Assembly: GCF_000315625.1 (NCBI RefSeq)
Contig: NW_005434641.1
Coordinates: 449,113 to 513,112, forward strand
Direction: 5' to 3'
Source of the DNA: Guillardia theta CCMP2712
Lineage: Eukaryota > Protista > Cryptophyta
DNA length: 64,000 nt
Below the pieces are notes generated by a model. The model saw only the letters and a program-made list of their open reading frames with translations, did not search any database and was not told where the DNA came from. Positions 36,240 to 49,417 of this stretch are shown here, piece by piece (position 1 is the stretch's first letter; every line of letters starts with the position of its first letter). The translations under genes and the position numbers were made by a program.

Positions 36240-37027
36240 CCTTGCTCGCGACGATGATCTATTTGTTTCATTTCCTTGTCTTCTCTGTGATCCCGCGTCA
36301 GGATGCTCTCACCAACAGTTTGGACATCTACTTTCAAGTTTTCAGTTCAAGTTGCACAACAAACATCAACAGACAACAATCTTTACGTATAAATCCTTAA
36401 ACTACAAGTCGTCTCCCCCTTTCCATCAACAGCTCAACAAAAACCCCTTCCCTCCACTCCTCAAATGCCCCCTCCCCCTTCACCTCTCCCCCCCCTTCTA
36501 CCCATTCTTCTTCGTCTCCTCCCCCCTCGTCGTCCTCCTCTCTCCCTCCCTCCTTCAAGCAATGTCCACATGACTCTCCCCCGACTCTCCCGCATCAATC
36601 GCTCGGCTCCCTGCGCCACCATCGTCACCATCTCCTCCTCTACCCGCGTCATCTCACTTGGAGCGAATGCTACGACGTTGTGGTCGATCGCCCGCCCGCA
36701 CTGGCGGCAAAACTTCGTCCCGTCCTAACAGACGTCAGCACATGACGTCACCGTCCCCGCCATCTGTACCATCTGGTTGAAGGCAGAGCCGCAGAAGACG
36801 CAGTACCTACAGCAGGGTGAGGAGAGGAGAGGAGAGGGGAGGGGAGGGGAGGGGAGGGGAGGGGAGGGGAGGGGAGGGGAGGGAAGAAGAGAGGGGAGGG
36901 GAGGGGGCGGGAGGGGGAGGAGGATGGGGACGCACTGGGGGATCAGAGTGTGAAATTCCCTCTCCTTCGAAGAGCTGTCGCTGTGATATGAAAGAATCAT
37001 CGTCAAGGAAAACGTCTCCTCCTCTCC

Positions 37028-37084
<57 letters not shown>

Positions 37085-38869
37085 TTTATCATCATCATCA
37101 CCATCACCATCACCATCACCATCATCATCATCCTCATCATCATCCTCATCCTCATCCTCATCCTCATCATCATCATCATCATCATCGTCGTCGTCTCCAT
37201 CTCCGTCTCCATCTTTTTCTCCTTCTCCATCATCATCATCACCACCACCACCACCATCACCATCACCACCACCACCACCACAGTTCAACATCAACAACCT
37301 GCATGTCACTGCATCGCTTCCATTCCTAGACGAGATAATCTGTTGCACCCTTGTTTTCTCGCGGTCTCTTTCAGCCAGGAACTGATAGGCCTGCGGAAAT
37401 CTCACATTTCTCCGTTGACAGCGCGACACCCTTTCCCACCTTCCGCTGTTGGTCTGTGAGGTTGTTCCAATCTCGTTTGCACATCTTCACAATCTCTGCA
37501 TGACTTGCTCTGCACGCAAAGAATCATCTCCACCGCAACTCCCTCCTCCATCATAGAAGAGCAGCAGGCGGAGGGTAAGCAAGAGGAAGGGCAGGTGGAA
37601 GGAGAGGAAAAGCAAGCATCCCATCCCATGCCCCTGCCTCTCTCACGTTGCGTTCTGCAGCTTCAGCTTCGGCGTACTGTTTCGCTCGTAGATGTTGTAG
37701 GCTAGATGAGCTAACTTGGACTTGTTCCACTCCTGCTGCTCCCCATCCGCCGACCTGCTCCCGGACAAGCATCAGCGGACAGCACGGCTCGTCAGCAAGA
37801 CCTCGGCTGGATGGCTGCCCTCACAGCAGCAAGCTCCTCCTTGTATCTCTCCATATCCTTCTTCGCCGCCACTACATAAACCTGCTCTTCGTCTCAGGGG
37901 GCAATGGTGGAGATCGTTTCCCCCAGCTCACCTTCTGCTGACTGGCAGGGAGGCTCTCGAACAGGTGCATGACGCCCTGGGCGAGCTGCTTCGACGTCCA
38001 GGATTGGTTAGGAGGGTGTCGTATCCTGTCCTGCAACGTCGCAGACGTCAGGGCGGACGAGCAAGGGAGGGAGATGGTCGAGAATTACCTTGACCTCCTT
38101 GAGAAACTTCACAGCTGCAGCCTCTGGACGGAGGGGAGCCTTGAGCCCTGTGGGAGTTTTCAGCTTCCCGAGACTCCCCGACAGGTCCGCAATACCTTGA
38201 GGCAGATTCATGTACGACAGCGAAGACAGCTCCCGCTTATCCGCTTCTGCCTCCAACCACTCCAGCACTCCGATCTCCGGCGTCGACACCTGCCAGGCCC
38301 AGTCAGAATGCTGTCAACGTCTGCAGCTCGCTGCACCGTCTTCTTGCGCTTTGGAGGAGCAGGCACTTCCTCCTTTCCTCCTGGGGCTGCTCCAGCCACT
38401 TGTTGCCTCCTCTTGGCTGTCTGGGCCTCAGCTGAAGGAGGAGGGAGGAGAGTCACATCAACGGCAAGAGCAGGAAGCACTGCAGACCAGCAGGGACCGG
38501 GGAGTGACCTGCAGCAGGCGGGGGGGCAGGAGAAGCAGCAGCATTCGGCGATGCACTATCTTTGAGCTTGAAGGCTGACTTCATCGTCTCCCGCTGTCTC
38601 TTGGCAGACTGTCTCTCTTGCCTCGCCTGCTCATGCACGTCGTGTTAGCTCGCACGCGCATCGGCTGTTAGTAGTGGTAATGGAAGATGAGGAGATGGAG
38701 GAGGAGGAGATGGAGATGGAGATAGAGGAGTGCGATTGCCAACTGCAAAGCAAACAGGTGGAGCAAAAACAGAGAGAGACACGTTGACGCTACAAGACAA
38801 GCTCGCCTGGGGTTGAGTTGGAGTTGATGGCGCATCTGCTGGCAGAGAGTTGGTACCAGTCTCGCTCAT
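36240..38869 (-). CDS. HMG-box protein with a C-terminal zinc ribbon; 3' end uncertain
   Basis: Spliced HMG box APLRPEAAAVKFLKEVK|DRIRHPPNQSWTSKQLAQGVMHLFESLPASQQK|VYVVAAKKDMERYKEELAA. Later YCVFCGSAFNQM|DGTKFCRQCG. NLS-like PPKRKK. Confidence 0.75.
37030..37285 (+). repeat. Long (CAT/CAC/CATCCT)n intronic microsatellite
   Basis: Seen directly; it is the source of spurious poly-His, poly-Asp and poly-Met ORFs. Confidence 0.9.
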
Positions 38870-40312
38870 CCTCGGACTCTGGTTGGTCCAAGATCAGGAA
38901 CGAAAAGAAAGCTTGTTTCGCTCATGGTAAAAAAATTCCCTCCTCTCGATGAAGAGGGAAAGGTGGACAAGCACAACCATGTCCGTCCCATGCAAACTTT
39001 GAGATGCCATGATCGTCTCTGGAGCTTGTGCTATCTAGCTCGGAGCATTTAATAGAGTGTGGCTCTCCCCCGATCCGAAACCGTTTCATCCACGTCGTAC
39101 TTGTCCTCTTCCTCCATCACCCTTTTCCAAAGTCTATCGTGGTTTCCAACGTTCGTCCCTCTCTTCTACGTTACCCCCCAACCTTTCTCTCTTCCGCCCT
39201 TACCCCTCCACATCTCCATCCTGTCGTTGCCAGTGGCTTGTATGACTGGTCCCTGCCAGATCGGCAAACCTGTCCATTCCCATACTGCCCCTGTCTCTCC
39301 TGCTCCTGCCCCTACACATACTTTCATTCGTGTCCATGTCTCTTAGACATCTCACTGATCTCCCTGGCTCCTTATCCTCTCCCTCCTCCTCCATGCTCCT
39401 CCCATCTCTCCCCTCCTGCTTCATAGCAGCAGCGCTCAGCAAGGGTGGATGAGGGTATTGCTGAAATCAAGGGGTAGGGTACTCGTGGTTGTAGGGTAGT
39501 GGCCTGCAGGGTAGGTAACTCTGCCGAACAAGTACCCATACTATTGTGGTCAAAAGTTGGGTAGTCTGTGAAGTGCAGCTGAATGAGGTGGTGGGGGTGG
39601 TTCACAAACACTCCACAATGGGTTCAGAGGAATGGTTCACCATCTTCTGTGGTACACATTCGTCTATCTGAAGGGCCTGACCTTGCCCGGGATGTCTTTT
39701 CGTGAAACTTTGAAACTTTGAAAGTCCTGGAGTCTAAACTTTGAAAAAGTTTTTGAGTTGGAAGTTCGAACTTGTGAAGTTTGCGCGCAAGGATTTCCAT
39801 GGGAGGTCGATCCAGTGCGAAATCAGCGCGATGGGATGGGGAGGAGGAGAAGGAAGAAGGAAGAAGGCGAGGAGAGGGCTGGAATCATGTCCAGAAGAGA
39901 GGAGGTTGCAGGAGAGGAGGAGAGGAAGGGAACCGGTGCGACGTTGTAGATGAACATCAACACGAGGGCAACATAGATTCTCGGATTCAGATAACCGCAA
40001 GATCGTCAGCTGCAGGGCAAGAGGATTTCCTTCGAGAATGGTGGTGCCTAAAATAGGGAGGATTCTGACAACACGCGCGTGAGCTGGACATTCTGCTGGT
40101 AAGGAGAGAGTGGAGCAATGACTGTCGAGCGCTGACTTGGAGAGCTAGTGAGCAGTCGTAACCTTCTGTCATTGCTGAATAGGAGGAATGTTCTGCTCGC
40201 CTCATCGACTGTGAGCAACGATACAATCGTGTTCGTAAGTTCCTTCGCTGCACTTGCCAGAAAGCTCGGCGAGTTGATGCTTTGAGAGCGGATCAAAGCA
40301 AGAAGTAGCATC

Positions 40313-43300
40313 ATGAGCTACCGGATAGCTTCTCCTTCGCGCTTGCTAGTCTCATGGGTCCTTCTCAACCTCCTCGCATCATCAGTAGCCCGCAAGCCCC
40401 AGGTGAAACTCATCTCCATCCCCTATCGTATTCCTTTCTCCTTCATCTCGTCCTCGTCCTCGTCGTCGCCCTCGTCCTCGTCCTCCTCAACCCATCAATC
40501 CATCCTTGTCTTCGTCACCTAGATGTATTTACACGCTTGTGTCTCAGACTCAATTTCCTCCCTCGCTCATGGGTGCGTACTTGCCCATGGACGTGGTTCG
40601 CAACGGGACCAACGAGGAAGGAGATGAGAACATCTGCATCGATCACTTCTGCTGGGTCAACACCGTCCCTCATGCCCTCTCCAACATCGTGAAAGCCTTC
40701 GTCGATCCCCGGTTGGGCATGGGCTCGGCGAATGAGAGGCACTTCCTGGGCAAGGCCTTCTCCTCCTTCCTCTCTACTGCAGCTGGCAGGATGAAGGGCG
40801 AGAGGGGGAGGCAGGGAGGAGGGGACGAGGCTGCTGGGAGGAAGGATTACTTTGCTGTCTTCTCGCTGATGCTCTCCGGGATCTTCAAACCCAAGTTTCC
40901 TTTCTCACATGCGATGCTGACGAGAGCAGTTCAGCTGTCTGAGTATTGGATCTACGAGCCGTATCCCAGCTGCCTGCATGTGAGCTTCATTGTGGAGGAG
41001 TAGGAGCTGGAGCTGGAGCAGGGCGAGAGCGAGGAGGAGGAGGAGGGGGAAGAGGGGAGGGGGAGCGGGGGGGGCGGAAGGAGGGAGGAGGAGGAGGAGG
41101 AGGAAATTGTGATGACGCGCTCCAGGTGAAAGGCCCATGGCATGAGGAGTGGGCGGGGAACTACTCTCTTACATCGGAGACAGATCCCAATGGGAGGGTG
41201 GTAAGGGTTGGCGTCTGATGCGAACATGCTGCTGACTTGTCTGGAAGATGTACGAGCAGCGGGGGGACTTTGCAGGTGTGATGTGGAGGAGAGGTGTTAT
41301 CGAGTCATGTGCGCGCAGAGCATCAGATTTCGTGGTCGGACGGCTGCTGGTTCATGGATGAGCTGAAGGAGCTGGATGAAAACAGGTGGCGGGGAGGGCG
41401 AGGGGAGAGAGGAGAAGGGAGGGGAGGAGGGGGGGAGAGAAGAGAGGAGGAATCGAAGGGGAGAAGAATGGAAGAAGAGAGCAAGGGGGAGGAAGGGGAG
41501 GGGGAGGGGAGGGGACAGGAGGGGAGATGTCAAGAAAGGGCGGGTAGGCAGAGCAGGAGACCAGAGGAGCAGAAAGGAGGTCAGGTGATCGATTGTTTGC
41601 AGCAAACCAGAGGTAGATTCGTCACTTTCTCTCTATGAAGAAACAGAATCCTTCATGGACGGGACCAACATCTCCAGCCTCGAGGACGAGGAGCAGACAG
41701 CGCGGGGGGCAGCAGGGTCAAGGGGGGGGCCATCTGCAGGGAGGAAGAAGAAGAACCGAAGACCCAAGGCATTCCAGCGCAAGAGGCTGTACCAGAGCTG
41801 CGTCGATACCGACATGGTGCCTTCAAGGTCCGTGTTTCTGACGTTGTGTTGGAGGGAAACCATGTTGTCGACGAGGAGGAACTTCGTATACTGCTGTATC
41901 AGACGCTCTTGTTGACCCAGTCTCCGTCCTACGATCTTGTCCAGTCTCTCCCCGTCCTCGTCCTCCACCGTCCCTTGTAGTCCCCGTGCTCGCCTGCTCT
42001 GATGCCGCTCCTACTTGTGTCCTTCTTGACTTGAGATGCAGCGGGTGGGTATCGGTGCGAGGGAGGGGCCCCTCCCCCTCTATCTCACAGTGTGACACTT
42101 CCAAGACAAGGGCAAAGAAGAAACGTGACTCGCTCGATGCTGCCGGTGATTCTTCTGACCGCGTGCTTGCAGACTTACACAAGTCGGCTGATCCGCACGT
42201 GCGGGAGAACTCTCTGCACATTGAAAGCTTTAGAAGGAGGACGGAAGACGACTTGCAATGGGCGCTGCTGACTGAAGACCTTTCAGGTGGAGAGAAGAGG
42301 GAGGGGAGGAGAAGGGGGGGAGGTGGGGGAGTGGAAGGGAGGGGAGAGGCGAGGCAAGCAGAGCAGAGCAGAGAAGTGCAGAGCAGAGCAGAGCAGAGCA
42401 GAGCAGAGCAGAGCAGAGCAGAAAGTAGCTCACACAAGAAATGGGGGTCGTGTGGAGGATGAGACGGGGGGTTGGGGGGAGAGAGAAGTTAGAGGAGAGA
42501 GGGGGGAGTGGAGGACGATGAACTGAGTTTAGCAGATTCAACCAAACATGCAGCGAGGGACTCACGGAGGCGGGAGGAGGCTCTAGACTCCGAGCACGAG
42601 TACTCTCAGCTTCAGAACTCCTTGAAACCAGCAGCTTCCTCCCTCATGGACAGGTACCGGCGCATCCTTACATCCAACAAGCTCGTCAAGACGCTGCGGA
42701 AAGTTTCAAGGCTCCTGCTCAAGATCGGTTCGCTCCCATTCCGCTTCTTCAAACTTCACCTGCCCTGGCCCTTTGGTCATGATAAAGTTGGTTACCTCGT
42801 CTTCCGAGGAACGGCAGACGTCCACGACATCCTCACCGACATTGGGCACTCGCAGGTATCTCCTCCTCCTCAACCCCTTCCTCCCTTTATCATCATCAAG
42901 CACCACCACCACCATCACCATCATCATCTCCATCTCCATCTCCATCTCCATCATCGTCCACCACCACCACCACCACGTCCTGCTCCTCCACCTCATCTCC
43001 TCTTCTCATCCTCCTCCACTACAACGTTGTCCTAGTCCTCCTCCTCTGTACCACCATTTCTTCCTCGCATGCGAGCTTGCAGCAGGTGTTCTGGTTGAAC
43101 GAGGAAGGGCCCTCGTGGGGCATCTGGTCGTCAGTGCACACGGAGGTGAGGAGGAGCATCTCGTCCATCCGCGCAGCAGTGAGGAAGGCGAAGATCAAGA
43201 AGCTTGTGATTGCCGGTCACAGTCTGGGTGAGGAGGAGGAGGAGGAGGAGGAGGAGGAGCGAGCAAGCGAGCGAAGGAAGGAGAGGGAGGAGGGAGAGTG

Positions 43301-45574
43301 AAACAGAGGAGGGAGAGAGAGGCGGAGGAACAAGCGAAGGAGTGAGGGGAGCGAGTGGAGGCGAAGGGACTTGGGAGAGAGAGAGAGGAGAGAGAGAGAG
43401 GGAGCGCCAGGAGGACGGAGGAGATGACGTTGATCGCAGGAGGGAGCTATGCGCTTGAGGTGGCTCGGCAGCTGCTGTCAGGCGTCGGGCTCAACGTCGA
43501 CATCTCTGTCATCACCTTCGGCTCTCCCGCAGTGTTTGCTAGGAGGACGGGGGCGAAGCACTGCGGAAAGGATGTATGGCGGAAACCCCCGACCCTTCTT
43601 GAGAGCGCTGCTGACTTTGGATGGAAGGTCGATCCTGTTCGCTCCCCCCCTCGCTTCCACTCCTTCCTTTCTACCCTTCCCCAGTCAGGGCAAGAAACCT
43701 GCTCACATTCCTGTCCTGTTTCTTCCTCCTTCACCTGCATCGTCTTCCACTCTCAAACACGTCTTTCATGGACCATTCTCCCTCCTCCTCTCCTCATATA
43801 GTCACTCGCCTCTCCTCTTTTCCTGCAACCTCCTCCCAACCACACACTCCCCTTCCTCATCCTCCTCCTCCTCCTCCTCCTCCTCCTCCTCCTCCTCCTC
43901 CTCCTCCCTCCTTTCTCCCTCCTCCCTCTTCCCTCTTCCTCCTTGCTCCTCCTTCCTTTCCCTCACCGGCATGCAGCTTCTCACAGGCAGGGAGGCCTGC
44001 AGACTCAAGGAGGACTCGAGCATGCGGAAGCTTGACGCAAGTGTGGTCAACATCGTCAACCGCTGGGACCTCGTTCCTAGAGCACACCTCCTCCCTCGAC
44101 TCATGCGACAGGTCAGGGTCCTACACTCTTCCTCTCCCTTGATCTTGCTGCCTCCTCCTCCAATGATCAGAGTCCTCTCTCCTCCCCTCTCCTCCCCTCT
44201 CCTCCCCCTCCCCTTCCATCTATCAATCTGTTCCTTCCTCTTCTCCTGCTCAGCTCTTCTCTGTCGCTCTCCATCGCATCCATCCTCCTACCGCCCATCG
44301 ACTCGCCCTTGCTCCCTCGCTCCCCCATGCTTTCCCTTCCCCTCCATGCACTCCGTCCCTCATGCCCTTCGGCTCGTGCAGAGCAACTCAAAGGAGATCC
44401 TGCAAGCTTTCACCAAGCACGTCGCCTCTCGGCTGGGAGGAGGGTACGCGGTGAGCGGAGGGTCTGGCAGCTGCGGTGGAGAGTGACGAGGATGAAGGCG
44501 AGGCTGGGGGGATACATCTCAGACGCCCTCGCCCTCCCTCATAGCTTCAATCGCACCATCCAGTCCCGAAGAGAAGCCTTCGAAAGGTTCTTCCCTCCCT
44601 CCCCTACAGCCCTCCTCCCTCCCCTACAGCCCTGCTCTCTCCTCTTCCTACCTCTTGCTCAATATTTCCTCCTTGCTCTTCCTCTTTTCTCTTTCCCTCC
44701 TCTCTCGAGATTCCTCGCAAGGGTTGTAGCTCATTCTCCTCCTCAGGTACCGCGGGATCGGCATGTTCCTCATCATCCCTCCTGCTCTTCTCTGCGGCTC
44801 AGAGCAGGCAGGGCTTGTAACAGCTCCGCCCTCCTCCTCCTCCCTCCTCCCTCCTCCCTCCTCCCTCCTCCCTCATCCTTGTTCTCCCCTGTTTCTTCCT
44901 CCCTTCTCTCTCTTCCTCTCTCCTTCTTCTCCACCACTCTTCTCGTTCCTACTCTTCCACTCCTCTCTTCATCCTCCTTTTCCGCGCTCCTCGCTCTCCC
45001 CTTCTCCTCACACCTCTCCCTCCTCCTGATCCATCCTTACAGGTGATGGCGACTGTTGAGAGCAACCAGTCCCTGCCTCGACCTCGCCAGGCCCCCCAAG
45101 ACGCTCAGTGGAACTTCTTCTTCGACGACGACGTCCCAGGATTCGCCGCCTCCACCACGCAGGCTGACTTTCCGTACGAGTTTATGCTCACCGACCACAG
45201 CAGATACTCCAGGTAAGGAGGAGGGAGTGGGCAACATGGGACCTCCCTGCGCTCCTCTCCTCCCACCCTCGTATCTTTCTATCCCTCTCCCTTGCTAGCC
45301 TTTCCTCCGTCCTCTTCCCCCGTTCTCACTCGCTTCTCCTGCTCTCCGTGGAGCTCCTCCTTTCCTCCTCTCTCTCTGATCCTGTTTTCCCCCACCCTGT
45401 TTTCTTCGGCTTCCTCAATTTTCTGTTTGCAGCTCAATCCGAGCGTACGGGGTGATCTGGCACATCCTCAACGAGCTGTGTTGGAAGACCGGAAGGGTGA
45501 AGATGAAATGATCTTGTCTTGCTGCTCAAAAATGATGATGACGATGACGATGATGATGATGATGATGATGATGA

Positions 45575-45608
<34 letters not shown>

Positions 45609-46845
45609 GAGGAGGAGGAGGAGGAGGAGGAGGAGGAGGAGGAGGAGGAGGAGGAGGAGGAGAAGAGATATGGATGTGGATGAGGATAATGAGCAGGAGG
45701 AGGAGGAGGAGGACGACGACGACGATGGTTACGATGATGCTGACCGTGCCATCTAGACTTCCTGTGCGTCCATGGTAGAGAGGCTGGGGGAGATCAGAAA
45801 AGACGCGGCCATGACGAGCGCACAGGTTCAGGGCAAGAAGCAGGAAGAGGGGGGGGGGGCTGACGAGGGTCAACAGCAGCAGGCATGGGAGTCGTTCTAC
45901 AGCGATCAGAGCAAGATGGACATGGTGAGGGCCCGAGCTCGCGACCTCCAACGAACTTCCAGGTGGGTGCAGGAGAGACGCTAAGGCCACTCGTCCTCAT
46001 CCTGAGAGCCATGAGACTTTCTCGAAGCTGCTGTTCATCGGCTGCCTTCCTCCCCCTCCACCTCAGTTTCCTTCCCTCGCTTCCAGCTCTGCTCCCCATG
46101 CCTTGTTGCTCCATCTCACCTCTCCTCCTCCTTTCTACTCTCCTCTGCCTCCCCCTCTCAGCTCTCCTCACTGCCGCCCTTCCTCACTTTCCTCGCAGCA
46201 CTGATCAGGAGAGCGAATATCATGAAGGAAGTCACGCATGGGTCAGCCTCATGTCTGATGTTGCGGTACGCAGACCTTTCCTCCTCCTCCTCCCTCCCCC
46301 CTCCCCTCCTCTCCCCCCTTCCCTTCGCTCCTTCGCTCCCGTTCCCTTCCCCCTCCACTCCGTCCGCTCCATTCGTTTCCCCGTCCCCTTCCTGGTCCCT
46401 CCTCCCTTCATAGCCTCCTCGCCTCCACTTCCCTTCCCCACTCCCTCCCTCCCTCCCTCTCTCCCGCCTTAACTTAGTCACAGGCTTTCGACTACATGAC
46501 GCCAGTCTACGAGGAGGAGGAGGACGAGGAGGAGGAGGACAAGCAAACCCTCGACGTACATCCTTGCAGCACTGGGGGGAGGGAGCATGACTGAACCTGC
46601 TGCAGGACGAGCTTCCGAGGGACGGAGAGCAGTTTCAGAGTAAGACAGCCAGGGAGTACCGCAGCTCCTCTGAGTTCCGTTTCCTCAGGTGTCAGAAATA
46701 TACACCAAGGGATCGAGTACTTGCGGAAGGAGCACCGGACAGGTCCTCCTCCTCCTCCTCCTCCTCCTCCTCCTCCTCCTCCTCCATCCTACACCGAAGA
46801 CGTCGCTCGACCATGACACATAGTTGGAATGAAACGGCATGATAT
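40313..46845 (+). CDS. Class-3 (fungal-type) lipase with N-terminal signal peptide; many exons, end approximate
   Basis: GYLVFRGTADVHDILTD, LVIAGHSLG|GSYA (catalytic Ser), VITFGSPAVF, NIVNRWDLVPR (Asp) and MLTDHSRY (His). Hydrophobic N-terminus LLVSWVLLNLLASSVA. Confidence 0.85.
42355..42422 (+). repeat. (AGAGC)n pentanucleotide repeat, intronic
   Basis: Seen directly; the same repeat occurs at about 18410-18455. Confidence 0.85.
45533..45730 (+). repeat. Compound (GAT)n(GTT)n(GAG)n intronic microsatellite
   Basis: Seen directly. Confidence 0.9.
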
Positions 46846-46849
46846 GAAT

Positions 46850-47700
46850 GACATGTCTTCCGACCCGCTGCAAGCTCATCGTGTCGTGAAACTTTTTCTG
46901 ATGGTGCCTTCATTGCAAGCTTGTCAACTATAGACGTAGTCCTGTCAAGAGCCTGTCAGAAGGTCCTCTTGCCTTGAATGAGCTTATTCTTACCTTGATC
47001 ATGAAGACATGCTGATTTCTGAGGCAAGGAAAGAAGGTCAGGACCTTCACAATCATTCTACGACATTGTATTACATTCTCTCTTCTTGTGCATGGCGGAA
47101 TCGCTCAACAATGCTGTTTGCTGCAGCGAGGTGTTTCGATGAAGCTGTTCGGCGACTCGCTCCTGACACGTTCAATCTCGATCTCATCTCTTGCGCATTC
47201 CTCCTGTTCTCTTGTCTTGCCTACATAAGATGGCGCATCATTTCCACTCCTCCTCCTCCGTCTCCTCCTCCTCCGTCTCCTCCTCCTCCGTCTCCTCCTC
47301 CTGATTTACCTGGCGATACTGCGAAAGCTTCGCTACATCCTCCTGGCTGACAGCAGCTTGGGAGGGCGGCCGCATGCCTCCGACAGGGACTCTGGTGACA
47401 TCAGTGTTGTGCCGGTTGTGATCGATCCTCCTCTCGCTCGAAACCTCCTCGACCCTCTTCCCCAGCTTGTTTGTCTCTGTCCGGTATCCCTCTCGGGGTA
47501 TGATGCATACATGCTGCCGTGTCCTCGCACCCACGATCCTCTCCTTGGTGAACTTGTGGAACGCAAAAGGCGTCAGGTCAGCCGGCGGGGTGCTGGGCAG
47601 GTAAACTTCATCCTCTCTCAGACTCATCTTGGACATCTGACAACACACGTCACATTTGCAGTCTCAAAAGACGTGATTGAGGAACAAGGAGACAAGTTCC
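46850..47700 (-). CDS. Hypothetical basic protein, multi-exon; ends approximate
   Basis: ORF 47238-47648 splices (RQ|GTAAAT...ATGTAG|ARQENRRNAQEMR) into further in-frame exons. Confidence 0.5.
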
Positions 47701-47910
47701 CTTGTCATAGGTGGTATTCCCACGGCATCTTTCTCGTCGCCTTCAGATCACTATGTGCAGTTCTCCCACTGGCTTGCCGCTTCACTTTCAGATCGTCTAC
47801 TATTGCTCTTCCTGCTCCTCCTTCTCCTTCTCCTGCAGTTCCTGCTCCCCATGTGGCTCCTCCTCCTCCTCCTCCTCCTCCTCCTCCTCCTCCTCCTCCT
47901 CCTCCTCCTC

Positions 47911-48010
47911 NNNNNNNNNNNNNNNNNNNNNNNNNNNNNNNNNNNNNNNNNNNNNNNNNNNNNNNNNNNNNNNNNNNNNNNNNNNNNNNNNNNNNNNNNN
48001 NNNNNNNNNN
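47911..48010. other. Assembly gap (100 N) next to a (CCT)n tract
   Basis: Run of n characters. Confidence 1.
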
Positions 48011-48175
48011 GCAACACTCCCGCCATGGTGCCATTCGCATCTAATCCAAAGTGGTGGTAGGGTCCACCAAAGGGAGGGTACTTCAATATGAATTAGGGGG
48101 GTGATACTGGGAAGGGTGAGAGTAACAGGGGGTAGGGGTCATCATTGACAGAAATCGGAAGATCGGACATCGAAA

Positions 48176-49199
48176 ATGAAGTCGAGGGGGGCTGGGGGTG
48201 CGACAATGGCGGTGGCGATGTTGTTGTTGTTGATGATGATGATGATAGTGCTAGTAGAAGGGATTCCAAGGATTGAAACCATGATGATTGAGGATCCTGT
48301 TAGCCACGGACATGGTCTGGCGACTCACAGGCGCCCTAATTTGAAAATGAATGTCCCTTCCAAGGATCGGCCGCCATCCATGGGCTTGCAGCCATGTAAG
48401 CACGCTGCGACAGGGTTTGCAAGTACCGAGTTCATCCCACTTGCTGCATGTCGGGGAGGAGACGGAGGGGCAGAACATGTCCATCTGAAATCTCACATTC
48501 ATCTGGACGACAAGTCTGGAAGGAAGGGTACAAACCCACTTGTTGTCCTACAGCGGACGTTCTCCATGAGGCCTGAGTATGAGTTCACGCAGAAGGATGA
48601 GGACACGTTCATGAACACCACGAGGCTGATGCGACATGTCGTGCACGGGCTGCTCGTCCACAGCTTCGTGCAGTCGCTGGTGGTTGTCAACAACGTGTGG
48701 GAGCAAGGGATCGTGGCTATCCCGCAATTTGGAGACTGCATCGACGAGTTGTGGTATGCTTACTTCATCAACGCTGCTTCTGCCTCGTATGAGGCGATCG
48801 TACATACACAAGGAGCTGACATCCACAACCTGATGCAAGCCGTGCAACAGGAGTGTCAGCTGTGGAAGAAGTACAGGGTGAGTGGGTGGGTGGTTGGGTG
48901 AGGACGAGGACGTGGAGAAGGAGAAGGAGAAGGAGAAGGAGAAGGAGAAGGAGAAGGAGGGGAGGAGAAGGAGAAGGAGAAGGAGGGAGGAGAAGGAGAA
49001 TCAGTTTTGGGGAGGGTGGGGGGAAGCGGGGGAGGGGAGGAGATGGACGCTCTTGTGACGTCGTGTGAACGATCAGGTCCCGCTAATCATCAAGACTGTG
49101 CTGATGTTCATCATGCTGACGTGGAAACTTGTGAAGATGTTGAAGGGTGATCGCTTCCTCCTGTCACAGTACCACAAGATAATGGGAAAGCAGTCATAA
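48176..49199 (+). CDS. Signal-peptide-bearing membrane protein of an uncharacterised YEF...IVxTxGxDI family
   Basis: Two exons (intron about 48878-49076). Hydrophobic signal sequence, then EYEFTQKDEDTF...MR and AASASYEAIVHTQGADIHNLMQA motifs, and a C-terminal TM helix. Confidence 0.75.
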
Positions 49200-49417
49200 C
49201 TCAGTAAGATTTAAAGTTAAAGATTGAATGAATTGAATGACTTGTTGCTGATGCCTACTTTCCGGATAGTAGACTGCTTTCATCGTTAACGTTCTTCTGT
49301 GACCACCAAAAATCGGAAAGGGGGGAAAACTGCATGGGAAATCCCTTTCATGTAGAAAGTGGCTGAGCCAACTCCAAAAATGCGCTTCTGCTCCTCAGAA
49401 GCCTGATATCTTGTACA

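Noticed and set aside
38008-38010. Apparent premature stop in the HMG gene, suggesting a pseudogene or read-through
   Set aside because: A GT-AG intron at about 38031-38088 shifts the frame and removes the stop.
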